DNA from: Zygnema circumcarinatum SAG 698-1b
Taxonomy: Eukaryota > Plantae > Zygnematophyceae
DNA length: 64,000 bases
Direction of reading: 5' to 3'
Assembly: GCA_037447605.1 (NCBI GenBank)
Contig: CM074804.1
Span: forward strand, 6,239,909 to 6,303,908
Shown: positions 13,701 through 26,380 of the stretch, piece after piece
How the letters are laid out: the number at the start of each line of letters is the position of its first letter
Numbering within the stretch: position 1 is the stretch's first letter
Made by a program: the position numbers and the translations under genes
Notes under the pieces: generated by a model
What the model was told of the DNA's origin: nothing
Database searches by the model: none
Seen by the model: only the letters and a program-made list of their open reading frames with translations

Positions 13701-14436
13701 GTGATCGAAATAGCAATACTGAAGAACGTACCTGCCACGCCTAGCCTGTGCACGGCGCGAACATCCCCTCCTGCGCAAAACGCCCTCCCACTTCCCTACA
13801 CCCCCTGAACCTTAGCTGTTGCTGCGGATCCTTACCTTCAGGTTGAAAAAGGCAAAGGTGCAGGAGTAACTGTAGGTATCCGACGAGAGTTGAAAACAAG
13901 CAGCACCTTGATCAGAACCACCTTTACACTAGGGTCAGTCTCCCACTCCTCATAAAGCTTTCGTAGCCGTACCACCTACATGCCATTAAAACCCCCCATG
14001 TGAACAAAAAGCTCCACAGACTGATCACTAAAGGAACACTTGAACCGGAGCACGCATTGAACAAGCAAATTAATAAATTTATACATTTATACGCGGCATG
14101 CTGTCCCTAATTTTCGAGTCGATTGTTTCCTGCGAAGGCCATCCATGCCCTACATCACACACCATGTTGGTGTTCAACGCATTCAGCGCCTTCGGGCGAT
14201 TAAGAACCGCCATGCACAGGCCTCCTTGTTGCTCGTGCAGCACCTGCACCTCCCAGAACGCGTCCCCCTCCCGCATCGTAAAAACCCTAAGAACCAGCAT
14301 CCTAAGCTCCCTCGCGTGCTGCAAACACGCTGCGCAGCGAAGAAAGCTGCAGTACCTCGTCCTCCTCCGCGGACATGGCTCCTGCAACTGCGGCGTGCTG
14401 CCGCAGACCCCCCTGCAGCTGGGAATGCGCGGCCAT
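10719..14436 (-). CDS. CHY1: 3-hydroxyisobutyryl-CoA hydrolase (CHY1-like), multi-exon, C-terminal PTS1-like ARL
   Basis: Exons encode [90 protein letters not shown] and a last exon [11 protein letters not shown]...PARL* (stop 10719-10721). The start is either 14436 (MAAHSQLQ) or 14376 (MSAEEDE). Confidence 0.92.
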
Positions 14437-14480
14437 GGCTGAAGTTGCAGGGGCCCGGGCCTGCAGCCTCTCCAAGGATG

Positions 14481-14706
14481 ACACGTGGCGCGCTGCGAAG
14501 GCAGAGAAGGCGCGAGCGAGTGCTGACCGGCCTCCCATCTGCCACGTGGCACCAGGTTGCCTCCTCCTGCCGCCACGTGGACGCCTCTCGTGGAACCTTT
14601 GGAGAGGGCCCCGCGTACGGCCGGGAGCGCCGACTCCATTGAGCGCACTTGTGCGAGGACAGGACCAATCGCAGCCTGCCACGTGTGAGAAAGTATGTCA
14701 CGTGGC
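14481..14706. promoter_or_regulatory. Bidirectional promoter with five G-box (CACGTG) elements and a CCAAT box
   Basis: CACGTG occurs at about 14482, 14543, 14574, 14680 and 14699, and CCAAT at about 14665, in the 361 bp between the divergent ATGs at 14436 and 14798. Confidence 0.7.
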
Positions 14707-14797
14707 ATACCATGATTGGCTCCCCGGTACCTGTACCTGTTTCAGAGCCAACACTCCGGTGGGTGGCATAGTTGATGTACCCGGCTGCAGGGGAGCC

Positions 14798-17019
14798 ATG
14801 GTGGTCTGGCGTTGTGCCCGCACGTGCCAGCGAGCGCGGAGAGCGTTGCAGCGCGGGCTGCAGGGAAGGGCAGGAGGAGGAGAGGAGGGAGTGGTGCCGT
14901 TCCCCTGCGCGCCGGAACTTGTGACGCCGCCATGGCTAACGGCGCAGCTGCAGCGCTGCGGGCAGCTGTTCTCTGGAGCTGCCGTGAAGGAGCTCGAGTG
15001 GACGCAGATGGGGGAGGGGGTGGGGCTGCTGAGCCTTCTGTACCGCTTGCGCATCCACTACAGCGGGAGTGTAGGAGAGCTGGCGCCTCACAGCCTCGTG
15101 GCTAAGTTTGGGCACGCGGAGCCTGAGGTGAGCTTTGTTTAGAGCTCCTGATGGCGAGGATGGAAGAGAGGAGGAAGGAGCGAACAGGGAGGATATGGAG
15201 GAGGAGTGTTGGAGCTGATGACAATGTGCACTGCGGGAGGAAGGTGCGCAGGCTGGCACAGGCTAATGGCAGCTATCAACGGGAGGTTGGCTTCTACGAC
15301 TGGATGGGGTCTCGGCCCAGAGGGGGTGGGACCTGCGCACCGCTGTCTCTGAAAACCCCAGCCATTTACTTTTGCGCTTTTGACCCGCCTTCAGGTGCGA
15401 CTGCTGTCACTCACTGGGCTCCTCCCTGCTTGTTGCCTCGCTGCCCCTTTCCCAATCCTGACGGGGTTCGTCACCCTGACATCTCCATTCTCTATTATCC
15501 TCAGATTGGGTTGACTTCCTTAGGAGTTTCCTTCGGCAAAAGATTTGATGCAGCATGCGTGTGAAGCTATGGGAACTCTTTCTGGTGCAGGGAAAATGGC
15601 AGTGGTGATGGAGGATTTGGCGGGGGTGCTTCACCTGGACCAGGTGAAAGGTGCATCGCTGTCGCAGGCTATTGCAGTAATGCGTGACATGGCGCGGAGC
15701 CACGTGAGTTCCCACTGCTAGCTTGAATTGCTGTAACTCAAGTGGCTCCATTTTGCAGCATGAGTGAAGAGCGCTATTGCTCACACACGAAAACGAGCTC
15801 AAACATCATCAATACTTAGTATTCTCACACTGCCATTCGCTGGACTGGACAAGCGCAATATATTTGTCTTCTCTGTTGGATGTACTACGTTGCATGAACT
15901 TGTTTGGCTGTTGTTGGCAAGACTTGAAGTTCCTCGAAGTTAGGTGACTCAGGTGCACCGTCCTTGTTGGCCTAAAGATTGGCTCTGGCCAACCCAAAAA
16001 GTATTTCTAACCGGCTCAAAGAATGAGCAACAGTACGAGCATCCGCGTATTTCCCACGTTCACATTTCGTCCCCACTATGTGTTTCCCGTCGGTCTCGTT
16101 AGATCCCTCTGAGGTGATACTTGAATTCCTTTTAATAAGAATTTTTGTTGAGAATGCAGGCACAGCACTGGGGGTCCCCAGAGCTGGATCGCCTTCCCTG
16201 GCTGCCCAAGATGAATGAGGAGCGCTTCAAAGCCTTTGACCCCGGGGAGTACCCACGGAGCTGGCCCCGCTTTCTGCGCCTTTTTGGGGACCTACTGCCA
16301 GACTCGGCTAAGGAGACATTAGAATCTTTTCATCGGCATTGTCCAACTCTTCTCGACCTCCTTGGTTCCCCACCTCGCACTCTGCTGCACGGAGACTTGC
16401 GTCTGGATAATGTCTACCAGGTGCACCTTCGAATCTGGGGACTGCCCCGCCTTTTGCTTGGGTCCATTTGGCTGCGGTGATTGTCTCACGTTGTGCGTCC
16501 GCGTATGTTGTCATCGCTCCTTGGCACTAGACCATGACAAGGACAAAGAGGGCATGTGGGTATTTACAGCTCCATGGAGACTTTCGTGGAGACGATGCCA
16601 TTCATAACGAGGACAGGAGTGAAGCAGCTGAGTGGGATTCAGCAATGGAGGCTGTGAACGGACTGCAGCTTGTATACATGGATTTTGGAGACTGTGGAGC
16701 AGGGCGAGGAGTTGCCGATGTGGGGTATTTCTTAAGTCAGAGTCTGGACCCACGATTGCGACGCAGGCATGAGAAGGCACTTCTTCGCACGTATTATGAA
16801 GTTCTGATGGGATCGGGGCAGGTTGCCGGCTACACCTGGGAGGAATGCTGGGAAGATTACCGTAGGGCTGTCCTTTACTATTGGGTCCTGGCAGTGAACA
16901 TGGCATCGCATGTGCCAGAGGGAGGGAAGGACACCCGCGTCTTCAGACTTTCAGAAGCGGTAATTCGCAGGTCAATAGCAGCAATGACCGATTTGCGTTG
17001 TCTGGATATGCTGAAGTGA
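14798..17019 (+). CDS. Ecdysteroid-kinase-like / aminoglycoside-phosphotransferase-like small-molecule kinase (five exons)
   Basis: Spliced exons give VTPPWLTAQL, QMGEGVGLLSLLYRL, SLVAKFG, YQREVGFY, VVMEDL, TLLHGDLRLDN (Brenner motif), YMDFGD...GVADVGYFL and LLRTYYEVL...YTWEECWEDYR. This is the APH/choline kinase/EcKL fold as in bacterial phosphotransferases. Confidence 0.85.
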
Positions 17020-17839
17020 CAATACTAATTAGAAAATAGGTCTGTTTGGGAATTTTAAGTTCGCCCATTTTTAGCTCTCGTCTTCTGGTTAGGAATACTT
17101 TTTAGTTAAGTCTCTTTTTTTAGGCAAGTCATCGTTTTTTGTCAATGAATCCAATGTGATAATTGACTTTCCGCTGAAGTTGCGAACACCAATGTGCATT
17201 GCATCTCCTCGCCCTTTGCTTTGCAATGTGACGCCGATCGGCACAGGATGTTCACTAGAGGTTGCAAAATTTTTATTAGACTATTGACTACTGCATGACA
17301 TTACTCTGACTAACTAACGACTAAAACTGACAAGTATTAGAACCCCGTGACTAAGTGGGCATTACTAAACCAAGACTTGCCATGTGACTCCGTTCTTCAC
17401 GTGGCTAATAGTCACAGGTATTGGCCACTTTATGCATATCATGGTAATGTGTCGATCTATGATATGAAGTAAGGAAAAAAAAAAAAAGTCTTTGAAGAAG
17501 AGGGAGAGATGCGGCATTGATCTCGCGATGGCCCATCAAATAAATATACACGAGGCCATTCGCTTTAGTCGAGTCGTCGCTATTAGTCAAGCGATGTGGC
17601 GAGTGACAATATGCGTAGCTATTTACACACCTTTTTTGGCTAGAAACAAATGAAATTGACAAATTGACAAATTTTTGCCTCCCCATGATGTGCATGGCCA
17701 TGGCCCATGGCGCAGCCCCCTCCCTCCTCCCTCCCTCCCTCCCTCAGTGTACGCCCAGCCTCTCTTGTCCGCCTTCGCCTGCGCGTGCTTCCTTCCCTCC
17801 CCGCTCCGCCTCTCCCTGGTCGCCATCGCGCCTGCAGCC

Positions 17840-19919
17840 ATGCACAGCGTGCTCTTCCGCGCGAACGCTTTGGTGACATTGGCAGCCTCTGCCCTGACCG
17901 TGCTCTGCGTGCTTGCCTCGCTCACGGAGGTGCTGCACAAGGCTTCGCCCGAGGCCAACATCAAGGTGCGTCGGCCTCTCAAGAACGAGCTACACCGCTC
18001 CTCTTGTCGCCGATTCTCTTATCTCCTTTCTTTGTGCGAATGCAGGTTGCAAAGGTGGAGCGGTTCGGCCGGTGGCCGGCAGGACCGTATGCTGGAAATG
18101 ATGAGGTACGGGTTGAGTCTGCTCATCGCCTGTGTGATTCGGAGCGAGGAGTTTATAGAGAAGCCGATGACTGAAGAGTGAACGAGTTTGAAACCATAAC
18201 TCATCAATTGCTCCTCGTGTAAACGAGAAGAGTGTTGAAATAATACGTTGTTCAGAAGCTTGTTATGAAGCCAAGGGCTCCAATTTTTTGGTCTGCCGCA
18301 TGCAAAAGTTGCATTCTGAGAAATTTTCATCAAGGCGCATAAAACTAGTGGGGTTCGTCAGATGAACGTGTGACGATGGCTTCCGCAGTTGCAGGGTGTG
18401 GCGGACAGGTAGGATTGGCACTCGACGTGACGGCTGATCTGTCCTCCCTCTTTACTTGGAATACAAAGCAGGTGTGCCCTTCATAGTTACTACCATAGCT
18501 GCTAAATCATGTCAATTATGTCAACACAGGTGTGCACTTTTGTTTAACCATTTTGAAACGGGGAAATGCTAAAAAATGATTGTCTGGATTACTTGTTGGT
18601 GCTGAACTGGCACCCAGCATCTTTTCTCGTACTGTTACTATTTTTGGACCGCGTCTAAAATTCCGAATTAAAATTTCAGGTTCAATCATTGCTCAGTGGA
18701 TATTTAACTTATACTAGGCTCTATTATGCGACATTGAAAACCTTTTTTCAATTGTGCGCCATTGGTTGTTCTACTTGCTTTTTGTTTTTCTGGTTCTTTG
18801 TTGTAAGTCGAATGATTGATCGGGCTTCCATGTAGCACCCTAACATACTGGTCATCAATGGTTGGCAGCTATTCGTTTTCATCTGTGCCGAATACGAGAC
18901 ACCAAAGAACTCCCTGAATCAGGTGCAGGCTTGACTCCCTTGCAATCGCCTGTTGTAAAACTAGTTTTTTGAAATTGTAGGAGAATTACTATGAAAGTGT
19001 CACAGACTTACTCACCTTTTCTTTAAGCTAATTTAAGTTTACACTTTCGTACCTTTACCTTTCATGTAGATGTATCCATGCCCAGTTTGATGTTGTAAAT
19101 GGCGTCATGCAACCATTAGGTAGGTTAAGCCTGATTTTTCTGCCTGGGGCATGGACGGAGAGAGACGCAGTGGTCTGACTGTCGTACGAATATTCAATAC
19201 CATCCTTGTTGCAACTGGATACGTAGGGCCCTCTGCGCACAGGGGTCGGTGTAATTCAGTGGTTCTTATGTTCAGTTAAATCAGGTCCGTCGACTATCTA
19301 GAACGTCTACCAAGTAGCTTCGGCTGATGGTATGACCACCTATTGCTTGTTTCTGCAAGGTTTCACTCTGGGACCGGGTGATTGAATACAAGGAGGATGC
19401 GAAGTTGAGATTGCCCTTCAATCGGAACAAGTACCATTTCATAGACCAGGTGTGCACCTTATCTGTGTTTGTTGATCTTCTCTCTTTCCATGTGGCCGTC
19501 ACAGTTATTCGATAGGAGGTCTGCCAGGTGCATGCAAGGCACCCCCTAAGAAACCACTAATTCTGAACTTGGTAGTTCGCGTAGTAAGGTTCCCCGTCAA
19601 TCACGTTTTTATTGGTAAAATTTTCTCATTGGTTTTTTCTAAGGCAAAGAGTTTTGACTGCATTCATCCCAGTTTAGCTGAGTTGTAGATAGGGACTAGC
19701 TTGGCTGTTGGAGTAGGACCTCCTTGTCGTGTTGCCACGGTGATGGTGCTCACTTTATTCTGGATTTCCCTTTCCTTTGGTCATGTGCAGGGAAACAATT
19801 TGAGGGGAAGGGCGATCAATCTTACCTTGTATTGGAATGTCATGCCAATAGTCGGCGGCCTTTACACGGGGAAACAAGTCTTCCCTGGTCTCTCTCTACC
19901 AGCTGACTACTTCCGCTAG
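17840..19919 (+). CDS. SPCS3: Signal peptidase complex subunit 3 (SPC22/23)
   Basis: Exons give MHSVLFRANAL + TM segment, [39 protein letters not shown]...NKYHFIDQ-GNNLRG...LTLYWNVMPIVG...*. Confidence 0.95.
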
Positions 19920-20297
19920 TCGTAACTGCAACTGCTCACATTGCCCTGTTTCTGTGCAATTCGAAATGTATCTACTGCCGCGTTCTGAATGGGCACTTGT
20001 TGGATTGGTGAGAGAGACAGCGCCGTGAAAGTGGGCTACTCCGCTCTCCAGCAGTCTGCCCCTTGAGCCCTCGCAGTCAGCTCAAAAAATCAGTTGCAGC
20101 GGTCACACATGTCGTCTACACAGTGCCCGTGCAGAAAATTTGATGTATGTTAACTGAAGTGCCATTTTGGATGTACGTTCGCAGTTCTGTTAGTGGCACA
20201 AGGATGAGTTAGTCAACCCCCTCTATGCTGCTATAGGTCATGTTGTCTGGCGTGTGTCACTAAATTTTTCCTTGGCACCTTCGGCTGTGCAAAGCTA

Positions 20298-20480
20298 AAG
20301 CTTTCACAGGTCGGACCATAAGACCAACCATTCGATTGGTTGCCAACATTGGCACTAGATCGAAACAACCATTCGAATGGATTGGAACCAGTAGATGCCA
20401 ATGGTTGGCAACCATTTGAATGGTTCGGAACCAATGGATGCCAATGCTTGCCGATCCACTGGTCCGACCTGTGAGAGCTT
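20298..20480. mobile_element. Small hairpin / MITE-like element with 21-bp terminal inverted repeats
   Basis: AAGCTTTCACAGGTCGGACCA (20298-20318) pairs with TGGTCCGACCTGTGAGAGCTT (20460-20480) with one mismatch. The interior is built from short AACCATTCGAATGG / GATGCCAATG repeats. Confidence 0.6.
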
Positions 20481-21159
20481 CCTTTGCTAGACAGGTTCGA
20501 GAGAGGTTGTAGTGCTGTGACGGAATGTACTTCCTGTGTTTCCTGGAGAGGTTGGTGATGCAGCTGCGATGTAAACATGTGCACGGTGGGGCCATCGGGC
20601 GCCGCCGGGCATTCTATTCGTGACCTGCGAGGACCGTGCTTGCACACTCCCTTTACGACTTTAAGTCTCTAGTTTGCGTAAACAAGCAGGCTTCACTCAA
20701 GCTCCCACGTGAAAGACGGCCAGTCCACGGAGTCCAACGCTTGAAATTCAAGCATATGGAACACAGGCCCTGGCTATCGGGCGGACCGCCTTAGCTGTAG
20801 AGTGCCACAGGCGCATCTCTCCTCATCGAGCCTTGCATGGATTCTCTCGCCAGAGACGCCATGCTATATAAGTTATTCGCTTTCATGATGACAGATTAAG
20901 AGTAGGAAAAGTGCGGATGTGTTTAGTCATGCTTAACATTGACAGAGGTGGGAAGCCCTAACAGGCGACAGAACGTTCGCCACACATAGCAATGGCCACG
21001 ATGCCGCTCTACCCATCCACCCTCTTCTCGAATTATTGCATACATAAAAAAACATGCAAGGGGATGAAGGTAAGCAAAACGGTCCTCAATAGGATACAGC
21101 AGCGCGTGGAGCTCTCACCTGCCCAAACAAGAGGGCTTCACCCACCCTAGTTCACCTGT

Positions 21160-24100
21160 CTATAACATACCGTCTTCAATGTCTGCCAACTCCTGCAAAG
21201 CTGCCGCCTTCAATTTCTCAAATTGTTCTCCATACTTAAAGGCATCATCTAGCCGATCCAAACGCTGCAGAACCTCTATAATGTCTCCCAAAGGTCCCAA
21301 AAGAGCCAAATTGTCTGTGCCATACTCAGCTTCTAGGTTCACAATAGCTCTCCGCAGCAGGCTCTCGGCTTCCTCCCATTCCTTTTGCTTGCATAGCACA
21401 CGGCCAAGTCGAGCAGTGGATATTCCTGCGAGTGTAATAAAAATATCTACGATGAGTACGAGAACTGCCAAAAACCATACAACCATAGAGTGCTCTGTCT
21501 TTAAAGGTGACTAGACAGCTGCATCCACAATAAGACTCGTCTCATGGAAAAACGTCCATTTCACTACTACTGAGCATGTTCAATCCAATATGGCTCCTCT
21601 GAATTGCATCTTGTCTCGTTTTGGATGACTTGCTCTGGGTTCAGACTCATTCAGTCGTTGCAAAGATATGAAGCAGCAAAAACACACATCAAAGCTTGAA
21701 TCTCTGTAGGAGCATAAAATAGGTCAGGCTGAAGAAACATACCAACTTCAACATGCTGTGCTGGGAAGTTCTTTTCGCAGACATGGAGGTGGGCTTCTGC
21801 TAGCTCCCTTGCCTCCTCGAACCGCCCTTCACGAAGTAGACACTCTGAAAGCAAGTCAAGAGGCTTGAGAACCTCAATGCTGTCAGGTGGGACTGCCTCG
21901 GAAACTATAGACAATACCTGCTGGCAAAGGCGCTCCACAACAGACCACAAGCCAGCATCGAGGTGGGTCTCGGCCAACTCGAGGTAGAAATTGCACATAT
22001 GCAGCTCTAACGGGGCTGCTGCTGTCTCCAACCGCGCTACAGCACGGTTCAACATCTCATGCGCTGCCTTCTTCCTGCAGGTTGAGACCATGGCATGCTG
22101 CCGTCATCATGAGTGGTGCTGCAGGCAAGTCTTCCAAGATGTCTGGGGATCTTACTATGATGTGGAAAAAGCAAAGGTCACGAAAAACGCTGAGTTCCAG
22201 ATAACTAGGAGAGAATTAATTTTGTTCTCGTGCATCCAATGAAGGCGACTATGCAGGCTTGGCTTTCCAGGTTAGCCAAAGCAAGCCTTTACCGGTCTGT
22301 ATGCTTGTAGAGCTGCAGTAAGTTGCGATACGTCTCGCCAAGCATGCTGTCCAGCAAGGCGTCTTCACCAGGTCGGGTCTTGGCTTCGATAATGCACACT
22401 GCCCGCTCCAAGGAGCTCAGAGCCGCCATTACTTTCCCTGCATTTTCCATCATTAAGGTCGTCAAAAAATGGGGCGTCATCAACATGCCAAGGTCTACGG
22501 AAACCCCATATGCATTTGCAACCTTCGCACAAGCCACGAAGACTGGCCAGCAAGCAGGAAACTCACCTTTGGCATGCAGAACGTCAGCCTTATCAATGAG
22601 CACGATTCCCACTTCTAACGAATCCTTTCCATTCGCCTTTTCCCACGAAGAAACAGCTCTGTACAGAATCCAGTGGTGCATCTCAACTTGAGAAAAGCAG
22701 TTTGTGAAGCCTATGAACTTGTAGCTGCGTAGAGTCTAGTGTTGTGATAATAACCTTCACTCGCCATGTTCTTAGCAACCTGACCAACAGGAAACGTTCT
22801 GCATCTTCTAAACAGTTTCGGGGACCTTAGCAGCTGTGTTGCATCTCGCAAGCTTACCTGGTCAATGCTAATTCTGCACCGTCGACGTCATCCAGCTCAA
22901 GCATGGCGCGTGCCATCAAGGTATCCAGGCGGGCAAACAGAGCTGGGGTCATTCCAGTCCTGGTTTGCAATTTCCTCAACGATGTCTGTTGAAGCGCAAC
23001 TGCTTCTTGAGGCCTTTCCAGCTCCATGTAGGTAAGGGCAAGCCTTTCGACCACATTCACGTATCCTTCAGGTGATTCTGCAGCTGTAAGCATAAACCTT
23101 CCCCCTCCAAATTTACTAGGTGCATTGATGAGATCCACTAATCGCCCTAATCATGCAAAAGATTAGAAGGTTACATAGGCACCCAAGTATACAAGAATAG
23201 TGCGGACCGAGCTTGCTCCAAAATTTCCATCTCAGCTTCCATCATGACATGTCCCAAGAACGCAGATCTCACCTCCAAATAAGTCTTGAACAGTCAGTGT
23301 GCGCTCTAGCAGCCGAACGGCAACTTCCTTTCGGTCCAACGCGTAGAACTGTTGTGCTGCACTGAAAAGCACATCAGGAAGTAACAGCAGTCCTTGCTCC
23401 ACGTCATCCACGACTTGTAAAAGCTGCATATACATCCATCCCTCTCAGAACCAGCATTAGTTATCCAGAGAAAAGAACTACCATGAAGTTGGATATAAAT
23501 ACCTGAAACTTGAACACCTGAACACCTGACATGATTTCCTTATTTCAGAAGAACTAACTTCCTTACTTCACCACATGATCTCCTTGTAATTTTTGAGTCC
23601 TGTTAGTACCCTCTCTGCCAGTCTGACAGTTTGAACTTCCCGACTTCTGCTGTTAGACTTTATGTACATCTAGTAAATATCTGAGGTCAACATTTCCATG
23701 GACCTCTTGACGAGGCCACGTTCTTGGCTGGGAAATGTTTGCAAACGAAAGTCCTTTTTTTTTTAAATCAATGACACAACGTGCCAATAGATAAGAGTCT
23801 GGGTGCAGGAATAACTGCTGCTGTTGCAACGTGAAAGAATGTAGGCGCACATTGTACCAACCTTGTCGAGCACAGCACTACCTTTGGCTGACTCCATCAA
23901 ATGATATGCCCATGCCAGGGTCGTAAGCATGGCGACCTGCTCAACGCCTACCACTCCATCACGGAGCTGCTCCTCCACAGCTGCCAGATTGGCATCTGCC
24001 AGCTCAGAAGCACCAAGAGCATCTCCATCCCTGTACATTGCCAAAATCTCCGAGCAAAGGTCTTCCAGCTCCGCCTTTAGCTCCTCCACTTCACGGTATG

Positions 24101-25806
24101 CCTCCTCCATTTCCCGGGAGCTTCTCCTGCAGAAATACCCAAAACACTTAATGCAATGCGTTGCACATGCTGCTAATAATCCTAGAAACCAAGTCTCACA
24201 AGTACTTCTTTCAGCCCGGCTGCTCCATCCCACTTTTTCTATTCGAGCGTGCTGGCTCACAGATTTCAATGATCGACGTACTAGATTTCAATTGTGCAGA
24301 GGCTAGATTATCGCTAACAGTTTCATCCTTCGAAGCATCTGGTGTCTTCCCTTGCTTAAGAAAAACTAGATTATCCAGTAGTCATGGGTAGTACAAGTTC
24401 CGAAAACGACACATGCGTGGTAAACTCTTACTCTCTTTGAGCATCCTGAGCTGCAACCCATGGAGATTCAAAGCCCCCTGCTGCACTTCTGCCAGCAAAT
24501 CCGCGTCTGTTCATCCAGGCCTCCAAAGTTCAACATAAAAGCAACACTATCTCAGGTTAGACTGCGAATGCGACGCACCACGGATTCAGAACGGGGGCAG
24601 GGCTTGGGATTAAATTCAAAGGTTCACCTGGAAAATGTATCCAAAATAAATTGTAGATGCAAAACATAGAAGGAAGGAATGTCATAATGAAGGAGAGGAA
24701 GTTTGAGTATTGAAGATATTAGGGAGGTTACCCAGATGACGCACGGCTACTGCTTCCAAGCTCCGTCTCACAATCTGCTATGGAGTCAACTGCCTGCTCC
24801 ATTCCTATGTCAGTTGTTTGCATTGCTCGATAAGCCCTTGTGGAATTGCTGCAAGCCATTGTTGACAAGTCTTTAATGAGTCTGCTGAGATGGCACGTGG
24901 CTACACTCGGATTGCAGTTCATCTTTGAGGAATAAATCTCTAGATTTATGACTAGCAACGCAGAGCTTGCAAATATCACTGTATTTTTCATGGTTAGCAA
25001 AAATAACATTGTTCAAAGTCCAGATTAAGGCGGATATTCTTCAAAGAAGTATGACTCAAGAATGTACTTCCATTAGCAACACTAGGTGATATGCTGCTTT
25101 ACCTCATGGCACCATTGGGCACCAGAATTCCCACTCCGTTACACCAGGTGTGAGGAAAAAACCCAAAGATGACGAAACTTCCTCAACAAGCTGGAAAAAC
25201 GGCCAAAGTGCAAGACGAGTACTTCTGCCCAAAGAACTGCAAATTACCTGCAAAAGTCCCTTCATAAGGGTGGAAAAGTATTAGGCAGGGTCCTCACTTT
25301 GCTGTTGTTCCAACAGCCTTCAAAGCTGCTATTCTCAATGGAGGATGACTTCCGTGGTGCCACATAGAAGACCCCGGCAGCTGCCTGTTGCGAGTCTCCT
25401 GGTTCACGGACTGTTGCACGAGAGGATGCACGGTCTGTGCAGTGCAGGAGTACAACCTTAATGCTTGTCGTTCAGGCACGTTTTGGACTCTGCAAGAGAA
25501 TGCCCATTGCAAGTCAAGATGCAAACCCAATTCAACATCTTCGAATTTCAAGAACTGTCTTCCTAGAGTTCATATAGATGATGGCAAATTTTCAATTCCC
25601 ATTGGCAATTCAATTTCTACTCGCCCTCAGGCGGAAGAGCTCAATGGTATAGCATAACTGAAAGTTCCCGAATTCCAATGATGAGAGGTCCCGCAACCAG
25701 GATTGAGCTATATTGCAAAATGCTCCTTCTAAATTCACCTTTTTGACCAAGCAGCTGTTGCCACCTGCTGTCCGGCTTCAAACAGCCGGCTTCCAACAGC
25801 CGCCAT
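21160..25806 (-). CDS. TPR-repeat protein (kinesin-light-chain / nephrocystin-3-like repeats), multi-exon; 5' exons uncertain
   Basis: Successive minus-strand exons carry helical TPR-like repeats (LGRVLCKQKEWEEAESLLRRAI, LDLLSECLLREGRFEEARELAE, LALTYMELERPQEAVALQQ, EQVAMLTTLAWAYHLM). The candidate start is MAAVGSRLF at 25806. Confidence 0.75.
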
Positions 25807-26078
25807 GTCTGCCACCCTCCCGCCTTCTATCCTAACCCTAACCCTAAAATCCTTAGATAAATGCTACTGCAATCCTGATCGGACGACAGCAAAAAAGTGT
25901 TGAATGAGGACGCGAGGAACGGGACAGGAGCCCTCTGAGAGCCCCTCCTCAGAGGCAAACGAGAGAGAGACACGTGTGCGGGGGCGAGGGGCGGGTTCAG
26001 CGAGAGGGAGGGTCGCAGCCAGGGAAGGGCGGGGCGGGACGCGCCAACTGCCACGTGGCGGTCAGCTACTACTTACAG

Positions 26079-26213
26079 AGCGTTAACTGTAAACTGAATA
26101 TTCGCACGGATCCGTGCGGCGACGTTCTACTGTAACATACAGTACTGTACCGTAAACGGGCTCGACGTCCGTACGGACGACGACGTCAGCCATTTCTGAC
26201 GTCAGCCCTTCGA
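26079..26213. repeat. Dispersed promoter-proximal module, copy A (copy B at 63596-63700)
   Basis: AACTGTAAACTGAA...CGCACGGA...GTGCGG...ACGGGCTCGACG...GTACGGACG.CGACGTCAGCC...CTGA.GTCAG...TTCGA is collinear with 63596-63700. Copy A has a ~30-bp insertion. Confidence 0.85.
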
Positions 26214-26380
26214 GCAGGGGCGGAAGGGCGTCGCTCTCCACGAAAAGCTGACGTCACTCGGAGTGGAACTCGCTGATGCTGAGGCGGCAGGGAGAGGTAC
26301 CGGAGTCGGCCCGCCCGCTCGCCGGAGGGTGAGGGTCACTCGTGAGCGTGCTGCACTGGACGCTGCAACTGTCCGGCGCC

